Source: Octopus vulgaris
Lineage: Eukaryota
Length of the DNA: 64,000 nucleotides
Direction: 5' to 3'
Assembly: GCA_951406725.2 (NCBI GenBank)
Contig: OX597828.1
Span: 49,600,001-49,664,000, forward strand
The notes under the pieces are model-generated. The model worked only from the letters and a program-made list of their open reading frames with translations, did no database searches and was not told the origin of the DNA. Made by a program: the position numbers and the translations under genes. This document shows positions 41,201 through 53,892 of this stretch, one piece after another; position 1 is the stretch's first letter; every line of letters starts with the position of its first letter.

Positions 41201-41286
41201 GGATAGAAGTATTTTCTGGTGATGACTTCCATCGATGTTTTCTTAGCGCTGTCAAATATTTCTCAGAGAGTTTGGCAGAAACATGA
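41201..41286 (+). CDS. Probable last coding exon of the macrodomain-like gene (GIEVFSGDDFHRCFLSAVKYFSESLAET*)
   Basis: Strong acceptor tttttattgttgtttcag, phase 1; TGA at 41284-41286; AATAAA at 41344. Confidence 0.65.
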
Positions 41287-41618
41287 GCCGAGTGGAGAAC
41301 AACACTAACTTTCCAAATGAGCAAGACAATCTAAGCGAATTTTAATAAAAGGCTTTGATTCTATTCATTACTTATTGTCGTTGCTGTTGCTGTTGATGTA
41401 TTCATCCTGGCAGAATCGTTAGCACTCCGGGCGAACGGGATCGATAAATAAAGTACCAGTTACGCACTGGGGTCGATGTAATCGACTTAATCCCTTTGTC
41501 TGTCTTTGTTTGTCCCCTCTATGTTTAGCCCCTTGTGGGCAATAAAGAAATATATATTCATCATTTTACATGAGGATATCTTTTATCTTTTATCTTTTAA
41601 TTGCTTCAGTCATTATAT

Positions 41619-41925
41619 TGTGGAGGCGCAATGGCCCAATGGTTAGGGCAGCGGACTCGCGGTCGGAGGATCGCGGTTTCGATTCCCAGACCGGGCGTTG
41701 TATGTGTTTATTGAGCGAAAACACCTAAAGTTCCACGAGGCTCCGGCAGCGGTTGGTGGCCACCCCTGTTGTACCCTTTCGCCCCAAATTTCTCTCACTT
41801 TCTGTTTCTTGAGTAACGCTGCGATGGACTGGCCTCCCGTCCACCCGGGATGGGGGGGACACATACACTACAGAAACCGGGAAACTGGGTCCATGAGCCT
41901 GGTTAGGGTTGAAAAGGGTGCATAA
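41619..41925 (+). mobile_element. SINE family B head with a third tail type
   Basis: The head matches family B; the sequence diverges after ~41805. Confidence 0.75.
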
Positions 41926-42099
41926 ATAAATTTTAAAAAAATATGCTAGGGCACTACCTTGAACTATAAATCGACCCCAGGACTTTTTTTTTCAAGTATT
42001 CTATCTGTTCTTTTGCCGAACCGCTAAGTTACAGGGGACGTACACACAACACCATCAGGTGTCAAGCTATAGTGGGGGTCAAACACAAAGACACACACG

Positions 42100-42176
<77 letters not shown>

Positions 42177-42323
42177 GCACGTATATATATGTACTTCGGT
42201 GCGACACAAACTGCACGGATTGATGTGTAGCAGGTATGTCTACCTTTATTATCGTCTCTTTTGTCTTCGACAAAATGACCGGTGGAGGTCTATCTGAAGC
42301 GTACGCTTGGTGAAATTCTCTCT

Positions 42324-42363
<40 letters not shown>

Positions 42364-42364
<1 letters not shown>

Positions 42365-42861
42365 CTTTATATATAAAAGTAAGGTTGTGTGTCTGTCTCC
42401 TCCGATTTAGATTCCTAACTACTCCCACATTTTGCGGTGCAGTTTAACCGAAACCGGGTATCTTATAATCGTGATTCATATCGAGCCCTTCTGGGTATTA
42501 GCGCGCGTCTACGATGAGTCTACGATTTTAAAAAAATTTACCATAATTTTTTCCCATTTTAATGCATTTTTCGCTATTATATAAGGGAAGTAACTCTATA
42601 AAAATGTCTACGATGAGTCAACGATTTAAAAAAAATTTACCATAATTTTTTTCCATTTTAATGCATTTTTTCGCTATTAAAAAGGGAAGTAACTCTCTAA
42701 AAATGTCTACGATGAGTCAACGATTTAAAAAAAAATTTACCATCATTTTTTTTCCCATTTTTAATGTATTTTTTTTTGCTATTTTTTGGCTATAACTCTC
42801 TAAAAATGCTTATATAGTTATTTCCCTTACAAACCCGAGCAACGCCGGGCGATACTGCTAG
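42364..42861 (+). mobile_element. Non-autonomous Helitron with three ~99-bp internal tandem repeats
   Basis: Starts A|TCTTTATATATAAAAG; ends with the cccgagcaacgccggg hairpin and CTAG|T; gtctacgatgagtc recurs at 42507, 42606 and 42705. Confidence 0.8.
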
Positions 42862-43154
42862 TATACATATAAAGAAGATGAGAAAGAGAGAATTTCACTA
42901 AGCGTACGCTACAGATGCAACATTATTAGATGTACAAAATCCTACCCATAACGAACAGTAGCAGGATGAGTCGGACCGATTGTCGGACTGAATAAAGACT
43001 AGTACAAAATCTATCTTCCGTATTTTTCATCTTACATCGACCCCAGTGCGAAAAGTACCAGTTTCGCACTGGGGTCGATGTAAATGACTTAATCCCTTTG
43101 TCTGTCCTTGTTTGTCCCCTCTATGTTTAGCCCCTTGTGGGCAGTAAAGAAATA

Positions 43155-43226
<72 letters not shown>

Positions 43227-43237
43227 CATTATATATA

Positions 43238-43882
43238 CGAGGTGGTATGAAAAAATTCCCGGACTAGTTCTGTAGCGCGCCAACAGACGGCAGCACACGG
43301 TTGCATGTACGGTGAGAGCTAGAAGTGACCTTCATCAGGCAGAGTGCAGAGTGACATCGGGGTGTTGTTTATTTCGCAACAGGTATTTTTGTGATCACGT
43401 GTATGCTGTAGTCTGTGATTTTGTCATGGACAGGAAGTTGGAAGAAAGAGCCAACGTGAAAATTTTGCGTTAAACTTGGGAAGTCTGCTACTACAGAGAC
43501 ATTGAGCATGCTTCGGCAAGCTTACGGCGACGAGGCACATGGGTCGTAGACAATGTTTCAAGTGGCACAGGCGCTTCGAAAGTGGAAGAACGTCCTTGGA
43601 AGAAGATGAGCGGTATGGAAGGCCTGCCACGAGCGGGAATGTGGAGAAAATTCACCAGCTTGTGCATGAGGATCGTTGGAGGATAATCAACGACGTTTTG
43701 AAGCATTTGGGGAAGGATATTTGGCGAAAGCGACTGGATCTGTGAATCGCGAAGAATTGGATTCTTCACGACGGCAATGTACCTCGTGACCGACCTCTCA
43801 TCACTCGTGAGTTTCTCGCCAAAAAACAACATGGTATTGCTTCTGCATCCACTCTATTCACTAGATTTGATACCACCTCATG
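43238..43882 (+). mobile_element. Internally deleted mariner transposon
   Basis: TA|CGAGGTGGTAT...ATACCACCTCATG|TA termini. Frameshifted N-terminal HTH: MDRKLEERANV / TETLSMLRQAYGDEA / MGRRQCFKWHRRFESGRTSLEEDERYGRP. Confidence 0.85.
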
Positions 43883-44383
43883 TATACATACATACATACA
43901 TACATACATACATGCATACATACATGCATACATGCATACATACATACATACATGCATACATACATACATACATACATACATACATACATACATACATACA
44001 TACATACATACATACATACATACATACATACATACTACATACATACATACATACATACATACATACATGCATACATACATACATACATACATACATACAT
44101 ACATGCATACATGCATACATACATACATACATACATACATACATACATACATACATACATACATACATACATACATACATACATACATACATACATACTA
44201 CATACATACATACATACATACATCATACATACATACATACATACATACATACATACATACATACATACATACATAATACATACTACATACATACATACAT
44301 ACATACATACATACATACATACATACATACATACATACATACATACATACATACATACATACATACATGCATACATACATACA

Positions 44384-44417
<34 letters not shown>

Positions 44418-44604
44418 CATACATACATACATACATACATACATACATACATACGTACATACATACATACATACATACATACATACATACATACATACAT
44501 GCATACATACATACATACATACATACATACATACATACATACATACATACATACATACATACATACATACATACATACATACATACATACATACATACAT
44601 ACAC

Positions 44605-44635
<31 letters not shown>

Positions 44636-44636
44636 T
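43883..44636. repeat. (TACA)n microsatellite
   Basis: Directly visible. Confidence 0.99.
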
Positions 44637-45337
44637 CTCATCATCATCATAGTCGTTTAACATCCGCTTTCCATGCTGGCATGGGTTGGACTATATATAT
44701 ATGTGTGTGTGTGTATAGGAAAAGAAAATGGGTGTAATAACAAGGGGAGACTCATTGTTTTTTTCACTGGTATGCTTTTAATTTGATTAGAAAACAAAGA
44801 AGAAGGAAGCAAAGTTGAAGGTAGCTTTTACAATCGTTTCGACCTGACAAAACTGAAACCCCTTCAAAATAGCATTTGTAAGATTCTTCGTCCCTCTCAA
44901 CCTCTTTATTAACACGAAAACAATATAGTTTATTCCTGTAAAATACTTCTTTCTTTGCCATGATTAAAAATATTCCATTATATTAAACACGGTGATTCAC
45001 CCGTTCCATTTCAATTTTCCCGGGTCTTCTCAAGAAAGGGTCTAAATCCCTCTCCTGCGAGAAACAATGATTTAATTGACTCTTGCCATTCCATCAAATC
45101 TGATGCCTTGGGACCCTACCTGTCAAATCACTGTTTTATCCGAACTCAGTCTTTATCAAGCATTCCATCAGTGACCACCCTGTCTTTTTAAGAGCGTGCA
45201 ATGCTGTATGTGTCTTTGGTTGTTTGAGACGTTGGAATATGATTTCAACAAAATTTTGTTGCTACTTCTAGCAGATTAAACGCTCAGTCCCAGGGTCCAT
45301 TCATGGCTGTTCTAAGGAAGAAAATCCACAATATATA

Positions 45338-45557
45338 TTTCTTTACTACCCACAAGGGGCTAAACACAGAGAGGACAAACAAACGGATTAAGTCGATTAT
45401 ATCGACCCCAGTGCGTAACTGGTACTTATTTAATCGACCCCGAAAGGATGAAAGGCAAAGTCGACCTCGGCGGAATTTGAACTCACAACGTAACGGCAGA
45501 CGAAATACGGCTACGCATTTCGCCCGACGTGCTAACGTTTCTGCCAGCTCGCCGCCT
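45338..45557 (-). mobile_element. SINE family C, near full length
   Basis: Matches the consensus; lies ~140 bp upstream of the NDUFA13 ATG. Confidence 0.85.
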
Positions 45558-45695
45558 TTATATGCAAGGGAAATAATAAACGCGAAACGTTAACGGGAGA
45601 TAACTCAATATTATTGCCTGTCTAGTTGGTGTGTTGTTCGCCAGGTGTCAGCAGCGGCTGCAGAAGGACGGCCTCAGCCTCAGCAGGTGCTCAAC

Positions 45696-45792
45696 ATGTC
45701 CAGTGCCAGCAGTTTTAAGCAAGATTTACCTCCACAGGGAGGATATGGGTCCATTAGATGGATGAAGGAAGTTGCTAAACGAGGTCCCAGCG
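45696..45792 (+). CDS. NDUFA13: NADH:ubiquinone oxidoreductase subunit A13 (GRIM-19), coding exon 1
   Basis: MSSASSFKQDLPPQGGYGSIRWMKEVAKRGPS(G) contains the QDxPPxGGY signature; donor g|gtacgt. Confidence 0.95.
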
Positions 45793-46447
45793 GTACGTAC
45801 AAATAAAAGATAAATATCCATTTTATTTGGCCTCGGATTCCCTTGTGATTCTGACATTGTACTTGTGCCCTTGACAACGCTAAAGTTAAATTACTTTCCA
45901 ATTATTCAAATATAATTATTGCTCATTTCTCACTAATTATAAATTATCAACTTTATTTCTTTTTATTCGTTCTTGTACGAAATTTCTCGATGCATATCCT
46001 GTTTGTTTCCGAAGAATTTCGGACGATAGACAGCTTAGCAATACAAACACGAACATCATTAAGTTTTCTCAAGAAACAATAATAATACTCCCAATCTGTG
46101 TATTGGCACATTTTTTAAAACTTATAAGCTATGTGATTTTATAAAAAATATATATATTTAACAAAGATATTGTTGTTTGAACGAATATAATAGTGATTCT
46201 ATTAGATTTGTTCTTCAGCAGACGACGTAGGAAATCTTAAAAGATCATCTGAGGACCCATCGTGCATGGCTTAGAAATTTGTCTTGCAGTTTTCTCAACT
46301 TCATTGGTTTCTATGCCGAATGTATTAATTGAATTAATTAAATAGAGGTGTGATATTCACGCTCGAGTGACTGATTAGACCAATTTTTCCTCTGTTGGAC
46401 CCTCCTAGCCATTCGATGTTTTTTTGATAATCAATTATTATTAGGAA

Positions 46448-46845
46448 TTACTCTTTTACTTGTTTCAGTCATTTGACTGCGGCCATGCTGGAGCACCGCC
46501 TTTAGTCGATCAAATCGACCCCGGGACTTATTCTTTGTAAGCCCAGTACTTATTCTATCGGTCTCTTTTGCCGAACCGCAAAGTGACGGGGACGTAAACA
46601 TACCAGCATCGGTTGTCAAACACAGGGGACAAACACAGATACACAAACCCACACACACACACACATATATATACATATATACGACAGGCTTCTTTCAGTT
46701 TCCGTCTACCAAATCCACTCACAAGGCATTGGTCGGCCCGGGGCTATAGCAGAAGACACTTGCCCAAGATGCCACGTAGTGGGACTGAACCCGGAACCAT
46801 GTGGTTGGTAAGCAAGTTACTTACCACACAGCTACTCCTGCGCCT
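46448..46845 (-). mobile_element. SINE family A in NDUFA13 intron 1
   Basis: Matches the consensus. Confidence 0.9.
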
Positions 46846-48032
46846 TGTATAAAAAATAGTTTTTAATATTCTGTGCATTATAGAAGTATAACCCTTTTAT
46901 CGCATGTGGATGGATTTTAACAACAAAATCCTACAAAGGACCCCGGTTGAGAACTGCTACATTAGACAGTAGGATTATAGACAGCTCCCATACCAGTCAT
47001 ACATGTTCCGGAGAGCACTATGTATGATAAACATCAACGTTGCAGCAGTGCAATTTGGAACTTTGGTCATGCATGCCCAATTGCTCCCACATTGGATTAT
47101 ATCCAATTTGGGCCAATATAAGCCACTGTGATATTCTTCTCTTCTTTTGGTTCACGAGTATAAACAGAGTTATCAATATTTTGACAGTAAAGAAATAAAT
47201 TTGTGACTGTATTTCTTCAAAAGAGAACAATGTTTGTTATGGGAATCCTGACTTAACAGTCTGAAATGGAAATTGTTCAAACCAAATAGAAGACATGGTC
47301 ATCATCATTTTCACGCCCACTTTTTCATGCTTGTATGGGTACAACAGAGCCCATTGAGACAAATTTTCTACTGCTTGATGCCCTTCCAGTCAACAACCCA
47401 GTAGAGGAGGCAGGCACCACTTTTCTCCTTATTAAAGAGTAAAAATAAAGTGCAAAAACCAGAATTTTTCAACAGGGGCAGACGTGGCTGTGTTGTTGAG
47501 TATTTTGCTTCCCAACCACATGGTTTCAGGTTCAGTCCCTCTGTGTGGCACCTTGGGTAAGTCTTCTACTATAGCGCCAGGCCAACCGAAGCCTTGTGTA
47601 TGGATTTGGTTGAGAGAAATTGAAAGAAATCTGCTGTATGTGTGTGTATACCCTTGTTTTCACATCTGGTGATGATAGTGTGTGAACTAGCATCATCATG
47701 TAGGCAAAATTGTTCATTTCCAGTCTTTCATGAAAACTTGTCTGACCATGGGGAAATATTACCTTGCTTGGTTAAAAAAAAGTGATGTCTAGCAACAGGA
47801 AGGACATCTGGCCATAAAATTCTGCCTCAATGAATTCTCTTAGGTTTGAAGCAAGCATGAAAAAGTGGATATTAAATGGTTGCTATATATATAAAAAAAA
47901 GTTTGATATTTTTTGCCATAACTGAGTGAATATGAGGTGCACGTCTTCATAATGTTCTGCTATGTTCCATCTATTTTATGACCTTTTATCTATGCTAACA
48001 GTTATCATTAATGATTTTATTTCCTTTTGCAG

Positions 48033-48111
48033 GATATTTCAAGTTTTCTACCTTTATTGCTCTTTCTCTGGCTGGTTACACTGCATGGTCTTTCCAAGCT
48101 AAACACTGGAA
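48033..48111 (+). CDS. NDUFA13: NDUFA13 coding exon 2 (transmembrane segment)
   Basis: ttttgcag|...GYFKFSTFIALSLAGYTAWSFQAKHWK|gtatgt; 79 nt; phases consistent. Confidence 0.92.
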
Positions 48112-48229
48112 GTATGTACATTTTTTAATATGTAATATATAATATGTGAATGAGTGTGGATCACATGAGGCTGTTGGACAAATTGCATGTTTATTTTTTA
48201 TTGTTACTGTTAGAATCAAGTGAGAATCA

Positions 48230-48600
48230 AAATCAAAATCAAAATCGATCAACATCAATGGAAACTGTAGCTGTGATACCAGTGCCGGGGGCACGTAAGA
48301 GAAATCTCCAAATGTGGCTGTTGCCAGCGCCGCCCCGACTGGTCTCCGTGCCGGTGGCATGTAAAAAGCACCATCCATCCGACCGTGGCCGTTGCCAGCC
48401 TCGTCTGGCACCTGTGTCGGTGGCACATAAAAAGCACCCACTACACTCACAGAGTGGTTGGCATTAGAAAGGGCATCCAGCCGTAGAAACATTGCCAGAT
48501 CAGACTGAGCCTGGTGCAGCCTTCGGGCTTCCCAGACCCCAGTTGAACCGTCCAACCCATGCTAGCATGGAAAACGGACACTAAACGATGATGAGGATGA
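48230..48600 (+). mobile_element. SINE/LINE-tail repeat, family D (RTE-like 3' end with a (GAT)n tail)
   Basis: ggttggcattag.aagggcatccagc...ccaacccatgctagcatggaa..cggac..taaacgatgatga. Copies at 50425, 50600-51275, 52895, 55325 and 62685. Confidence 0.75.
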
Positions 48601-49746
48601 CTGTTACATTTTGTTTCCTAAATATTCTACTAAAGCAGTCACTGTGGCCTTCTCAATCCCATCTGCCTTTTGACATTATAAGACTTATTCTAATGATGAA
48701 TCCTCTCTCATTCTGTATTCTGTTTCTCCAACATAGTCAACAGTATTCTGAAAAGTTTTCTGGATAATTAATTAGAAGACAATAATCACTGCTGAGACTA
48801 ATCTGTAATTGCAGTAGTCCTCGAAGGGGGACTACTTTGTGTTGGTGGCATGATAAAATGCACCTAGATAATGCTGTAAAGTGGTTGAGGACAGAAAATA
48901 TATCCAGATGTAAAAACCATGACGAATTAACTGTCTTCTGTCACACATCAGCTCTTATTACCTAGAACTACTTTTCTACTGTGAAGAAGACAAGCTTAGC
49001 TATCCCTCGAAAAAGAATCTGAGCTGGCAGTTTCTACCACACTTTTGTCAATTGTTTTTGCTGTTTGTGTAGTTGCATGAAAATATAGACTCATTCTTGG
49101 CCTTACATCCTTGACCTAGCCAAACAGTGAGGATGTGTCCGCAATGTACCACCAAGTATAGGTATCGAACCCATGGCCTTATGATTGCAGACCAAACAAC
49201 TTAACCACTAGGCTACACACCGTCATTTACTACAGTACAATGGTTAAATAACAATAATTTCAATAATTTCAACACACTCAATCTGTCTATATGTATGTAT
49301 GTCAGTATTTATCAATGTCTTCACAGGTAACCTATATTTTCAAAACATAAATAATATCCAGAGATGGCCAGGAACTGAAGAGTTGTGTGTTTTAAAATTA
49401 CACATATCCACCCTGAAGAATGGAGCAGTTGATATATCTGATAAACATCAACGTTTATCAACTATGTATAATAATGTCTGCACTGTTCTTAATGCAGTAA
49501 GCAACTAATCAAAAGACCCACACACGAGCTACTACACACATTTTTTTTCTCTCCTTGTTTTTTTCTGTGTCCTTTTCTATAGAAGAGCGTAGGCTTGAAA
49601 CGTAAAAGACTTTTTCTATTCCTGAGCGCTATACTGATACATTTGTTTGTTTGTACTCCACCTGCCTTTGTCTTTTGTTTATTTTCATAAACTTTCCCTT
49701 TATATATATATATATGTGTATATATAATAAAATATTCTTTCTACAG

Positions 49747-49818
49747 ACGTTACAAGCTTGAAATGCAGGATGCCAGGAATGCTGTAGAACCTCTGTTTCT
49801 AGCTGAAGTTGATAGAAT
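49747..49818 (+). CDS. NDUFA13: NDUFA13 coding exon 3
   Basis: ttctacag|...RYKLEMQDARNAVEPLFLAEVDRM|gtaagt; 72 nt; contains the PL..AE.DR signature. Confidence 0.95.
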
Positions 49819-50599
49819 GTAAGTATATTTCTTATTTGTTTACTTGTTTGGTGACAAAGACCGGCATGGAGTTGTTGGACAGACGTAATAAACACTAGGC
49901 GTAGGAAACTACTATGTGATGTTACATCAAAGACTGGATCAAATGAAGGAACTATGGATTAGTTCATTTATAACAACCAGTTCTACTTGTATAATCTTAC
50001 TCTTAATCTGGCGGGTTGCTGTGTTTGGGAAGACACATCATCGTAGATTCTTACTTTTCCCTTCACTCCTCGATTCTTTCCCTTGGAATACTTTTGCAAA
50101 ACTTTATTTTTTTTTTGTACGTTCAGTATTTTGGTTGAGATTGTATCATAAGGAACTGTTGCAGAGTTTTTAGAAAAGTCAGATGAAAGTTATTTATCAT
50201 TACTTTTTGAAATTAGGAATAAAGTTTCAGAAATGATATAAGGAAGCAGATAGTATTCATGATCCTTGGCAGTAATAAGACCATGGAGGGATTTGAACTC
50301 AGAGCACAAAATATTAAAAGAAATATCAAACTCCTAGGTTTCTGCCAATCCACATCCCTTGACTGGTTTATTTTTTATTGACCCTGAAAGGAAGCAAAAC
50401 TAAGTTGACCTTGTCAGGATTTGAAGGATTTGCCAGATCAGATTGGAGCCTGGTGCAGCCTTCTGGCTTCCCAGAACCCCGGTCGAACCGTCCAACCCAT
50501 GCCAGCATAAAGTGCAGACGTTAAACGACGATGATGATGATGAAAGCAAGGAGTCAGAATTAAAACCAAAAAGCAGTTTGATTCCTTAACATCTCGACC

Positions 50600-51275
50600 A
50601 GTTCATCATCGAAATCGAATTGAACCAGCCAGGATCCCTGGTCTGGTGGTACGTAAAAAGCACTATCCGACTCGTGGCCGTGGCACGTAAAATACTCCAA
50701 TGCGACCGTACGACAGGCACCCTTGCCAACACCCTTTGCTTGTGAAGACATGTTGGGGCAATCGAAATCGAATTGAACCAGCCAGGATCCCTGGTCTGGT
50801 GGTACGTAAAAAGCACTATCCGACTCGTGGCCGTGGCACGTAAAATACTCCAATGCGACCGTACGACAGGCACCCTTGCCAACACCCTTTGCTTGTGAAG
50901 ACATGTTGGGGCAAGCGAAATCGAAATCGAATTGAACCAGCCAGGATCCCTGGTCTGGTGGTATGTAAAAAGCACTATCTGACTCGTGGCCGATGCCAGC
51001 ACCGCCTCGACTGGCTTCCGTGCCGGTGGCACATAAAATACACCAATCTGACCGTGGCCGTTGCCAGCCCCGCCTGGCACCTGTGCAGGTGGCACGTAAA
51101 AAGCACCCACTACACTCACGGAGTGGTTGGCGTTAGGAAGGGCATCCAGCTGTAGAAACATTGCCAGATTAGACTGGAGCCTGGTGCAGCCTTCTGGCTT
51201 CCCAGAACCCGGTCGAACCGTCCAACCCATGCTAGCATGGAGAACGGACGTTAAACGACGATGATGATGATGATG
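50600..51275 (+). mobile_element. Family D element with a ~155-bp unit tandemly repeated about 2.5 times
   Basis: atcgaaatcgaattgaaccagccagg recurs at 50608, 50761 and 50920. Confidence 0.85.
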
Positions 51276-51506
51276 ACTTACTCCAAAAATTCACATAGAA
51301 ATTTACAAAATTTCAAAACCCATTCTCACTAATTTGATAAAATACATGTGAAAAAAATAATAATTTTTAATATGAAAATTGAAATGAGTTTAATTTCAAA
51401 TATATATATTTTCTAAAATTTTCTTGAAACTTGGTGTAAAAAATTATTCAGTAATAAATAATTAATTAATGCTTCTTTATTATTCTGGATCTGTTTGTCT
51501 ATGCAG

Positions 51507-51711
51507 GTATTTAAGAAGACTGAGAGATAACCGCCAGGAAGAGAAAGAACTCATGAAAGATGTTCCAAACTGGGAAGTTGGCACTTTGAATGGCGAACCT
51601 ATTTACCACAATCTCCGAGATAGATTCATTGAGCCATCATTAAAAGAATACTTGGCTCACGTTGGCAAGTCTGACATGTATGACATAATGTTTGAAAGAA
51701 GGAAACATTAA
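51507..51711 (+). CDS. NDUFA13: NDUFA13 coding exon 4 (last); total CDS 453 nt, 150 aa
   Basis: atgcag|g YLRRLRDNRQEEKELMKDVPNWEVG...RRKH*; AATAAA at 51753-51758. Confidence 0.96.
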
Positions 51712-51946
51712 AGTAGTTGACTGGGTTTTTTTTTTGTATAGTTAAATACAACAATAAATATTACAAACCTTGTCTACTCTCTGTATTAAATTCTTGTTGC
51801 CATTAGGGCTCTGTATTAAGTCTTATTGCTGTCAAGGGTGTGGAGATGACACACAAAACTTTTGACTCCTTCATTTATGGAATCTCTCTCACTTTAACTC
51901 ATCTCTATAATTAGACTAAAATCATATTTCTTATGATGATTAAAAG

Positions 51947-52255
51947 TGTGAAGGCACAATAGCCCAGTGGTTAGGGCAGCGGACTCACGGTCGTAGGATC
52001 GCAGTTTCGATTCCCAGACTGGGCGTTGTGAGTGTTTATTGAGCGAAAACACCTAAAGCTCTGCGAGGCTCCGGCAGGGGATGGTGGCGATCCCTGCTGT
52101 ACTCTTTTGCCATAACTTTCTCTCACTCTTTCTTCTGTTGGCCTGCTTGCTTAGCCAGCAGGATGGCGTCATTTAAAGGCTAAAAAAACAATGCGAAGCG
52201 CATTGTGACCAGCGATGTGTAGCAACATCTGATAGCCTGGTTGGTCACGGTGATA
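51947..52255 (+). mobile_element. SINE family B head with an alternative tail, flanked by a TSD
   Basis: Direct repeat atgattaaaagt on both sides. Confidence 0.85.
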
Positions 52256-52594
52256 ATGATTAAAAGTACACAAAATATCTGGGCCTTGCAAACCATCAGG
52301 CCGCCTTTTAGTATCCCTAACCTGTTAAAATAGGGATTGAAAGCCTGTAGCTTTGTTGGTGTTGCATTTTTTCATAATTTTTTTCAAAAAATTACATACA
52401 GTTTAACTTAGGTGTAGACAAGGTTGTGTGGTAAGAAGCTTGCTTCTTAACTACATGGTTCTGAGTTCAGTCCCGCTGTGTAGCACCTTAGGTAAGTGCC
52501 TTCTACTACAACCTCAGGCTGACCAAAGCCTTGTGAGTATGTTTGGTTCACAGAAACTGAAAGAAGCCAGTCACTTCATATATATATAAAATAA

Positions 52595-52636
<42 letters not shown>

Positions 52637-53515
52637 AATACTCCCTTTTAAAGTCTAGCCAGGCTCATGGGCCCGGTTTCCTGGTTTCTATGGTGTATGT
52701 GTTCCCCAGCTGGACAGGATGCCAGTCCATCGCAGCGTTACTCATTTTTGCCAACTGAGTGGACTGGAGCAACGTGAAATGAAGTGTTTTGCTCAAGAAC
52801 ACAACACGTCGCCCAGTCCAGGAAACGAAACCACAGTCTTACAATCAGGATGCTGACACCCTAACCACTAAGTCACGCGCCTCCACACACACATCGTGCC
52901 GGTGGCACATAAAAAGCACCATCCGATCATGGCCGTTTGCCAGACTCGTCTGGCACCTGTGCAGGTGGCACGTAAAAAGCACCCACTACACTCATGGAGT
53001 GGTTGGCATTAGGAAGGGCATCCAGCCGTAGAAACATTGCCAGATCAGACCGGGCCTTCTGGCTTCCCAGACCCCAGTTGAACCGTCCAACCCATGCTGG
53101 CATGGAAAGCGGACGCTAAATGATGATGATGATGATGATATATAAGTGTAATTCAAATAAGAAGACAAAGAAATCCTTTAACACTTCTTTAATGATTCGT
53201 TACAGTTGTTTCTCTACCAACTCTGCTTACAATGCCAATTTACATAATATTTGTGGTTTAGACATTAAAGGTGACACTTCATTGGACTTGCATCAAAGTT
53301 GCACTCTTACATTGTGCGTCTTCAAGACATTATTTTTTTCTTATATTCGGAAGAAACAAAAAGTCAATAAAAGTATGGTTACTTTTATTTATTTTTTGCT
53401 TCCACCAGTACTTGTCCAAAATCCGAGAGTGATGATAGCCAAGAACTCAGGTTGACTGTTTCTCTGGAAATACTCTATCTTTAAACACTACAACGACCTA
53501 AGATATATACATATA

Positions 53516-53892
53516 TATTGGATTGTCCAGAAAGTTCTTGCCGATTTATAGTAGCTTAACTTTCGACTTATTTTAGAACATAGTTGAGTTCATAAAATAG
53601 GATTTGATTACACCTCCATTTAGAGCACAGTTTAAGCTATCGTTTCGTGGAAGAAGGTTTCTGTTCCTATAACCTGTGTTAATTCTGTAACCCTTTAAAT
53701 TGGAAGATAAGAAAGTTAATTTTTGGCACTTGATACTTTGGGAACCAGACAAAAATTGCTGCAGCTCGGCTGAGATGTTTCAGCTGATATACCCTCCAGC
53801 CTTATATATACCCCACCTCCATATTCACCAGATATTGCTCCTTCGGATTTCCATGTATTCAGGTCTCTACAGAATAGTCTTAATGGTAAAAA
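53516..53892 (+). mobile_element. Second mariner relic, heavily deleted
   Basis: TATTGGATTG terminus, MEDKKVNF N-terminus, and PHPPYSPDIAPSDFHVFRSLQNSLNGK (mariner YSPDLAP motif) at ~53811-53890. Confidence 0.85.

Noticed and set aside
42500-42810. Regularly spaced repeats resembling a CRISPR array
   Set aside because: Whole ~99-bp units are duplicated with no unique spacers, inside a Helitron, in eukaryotic DNA with no cas genes.
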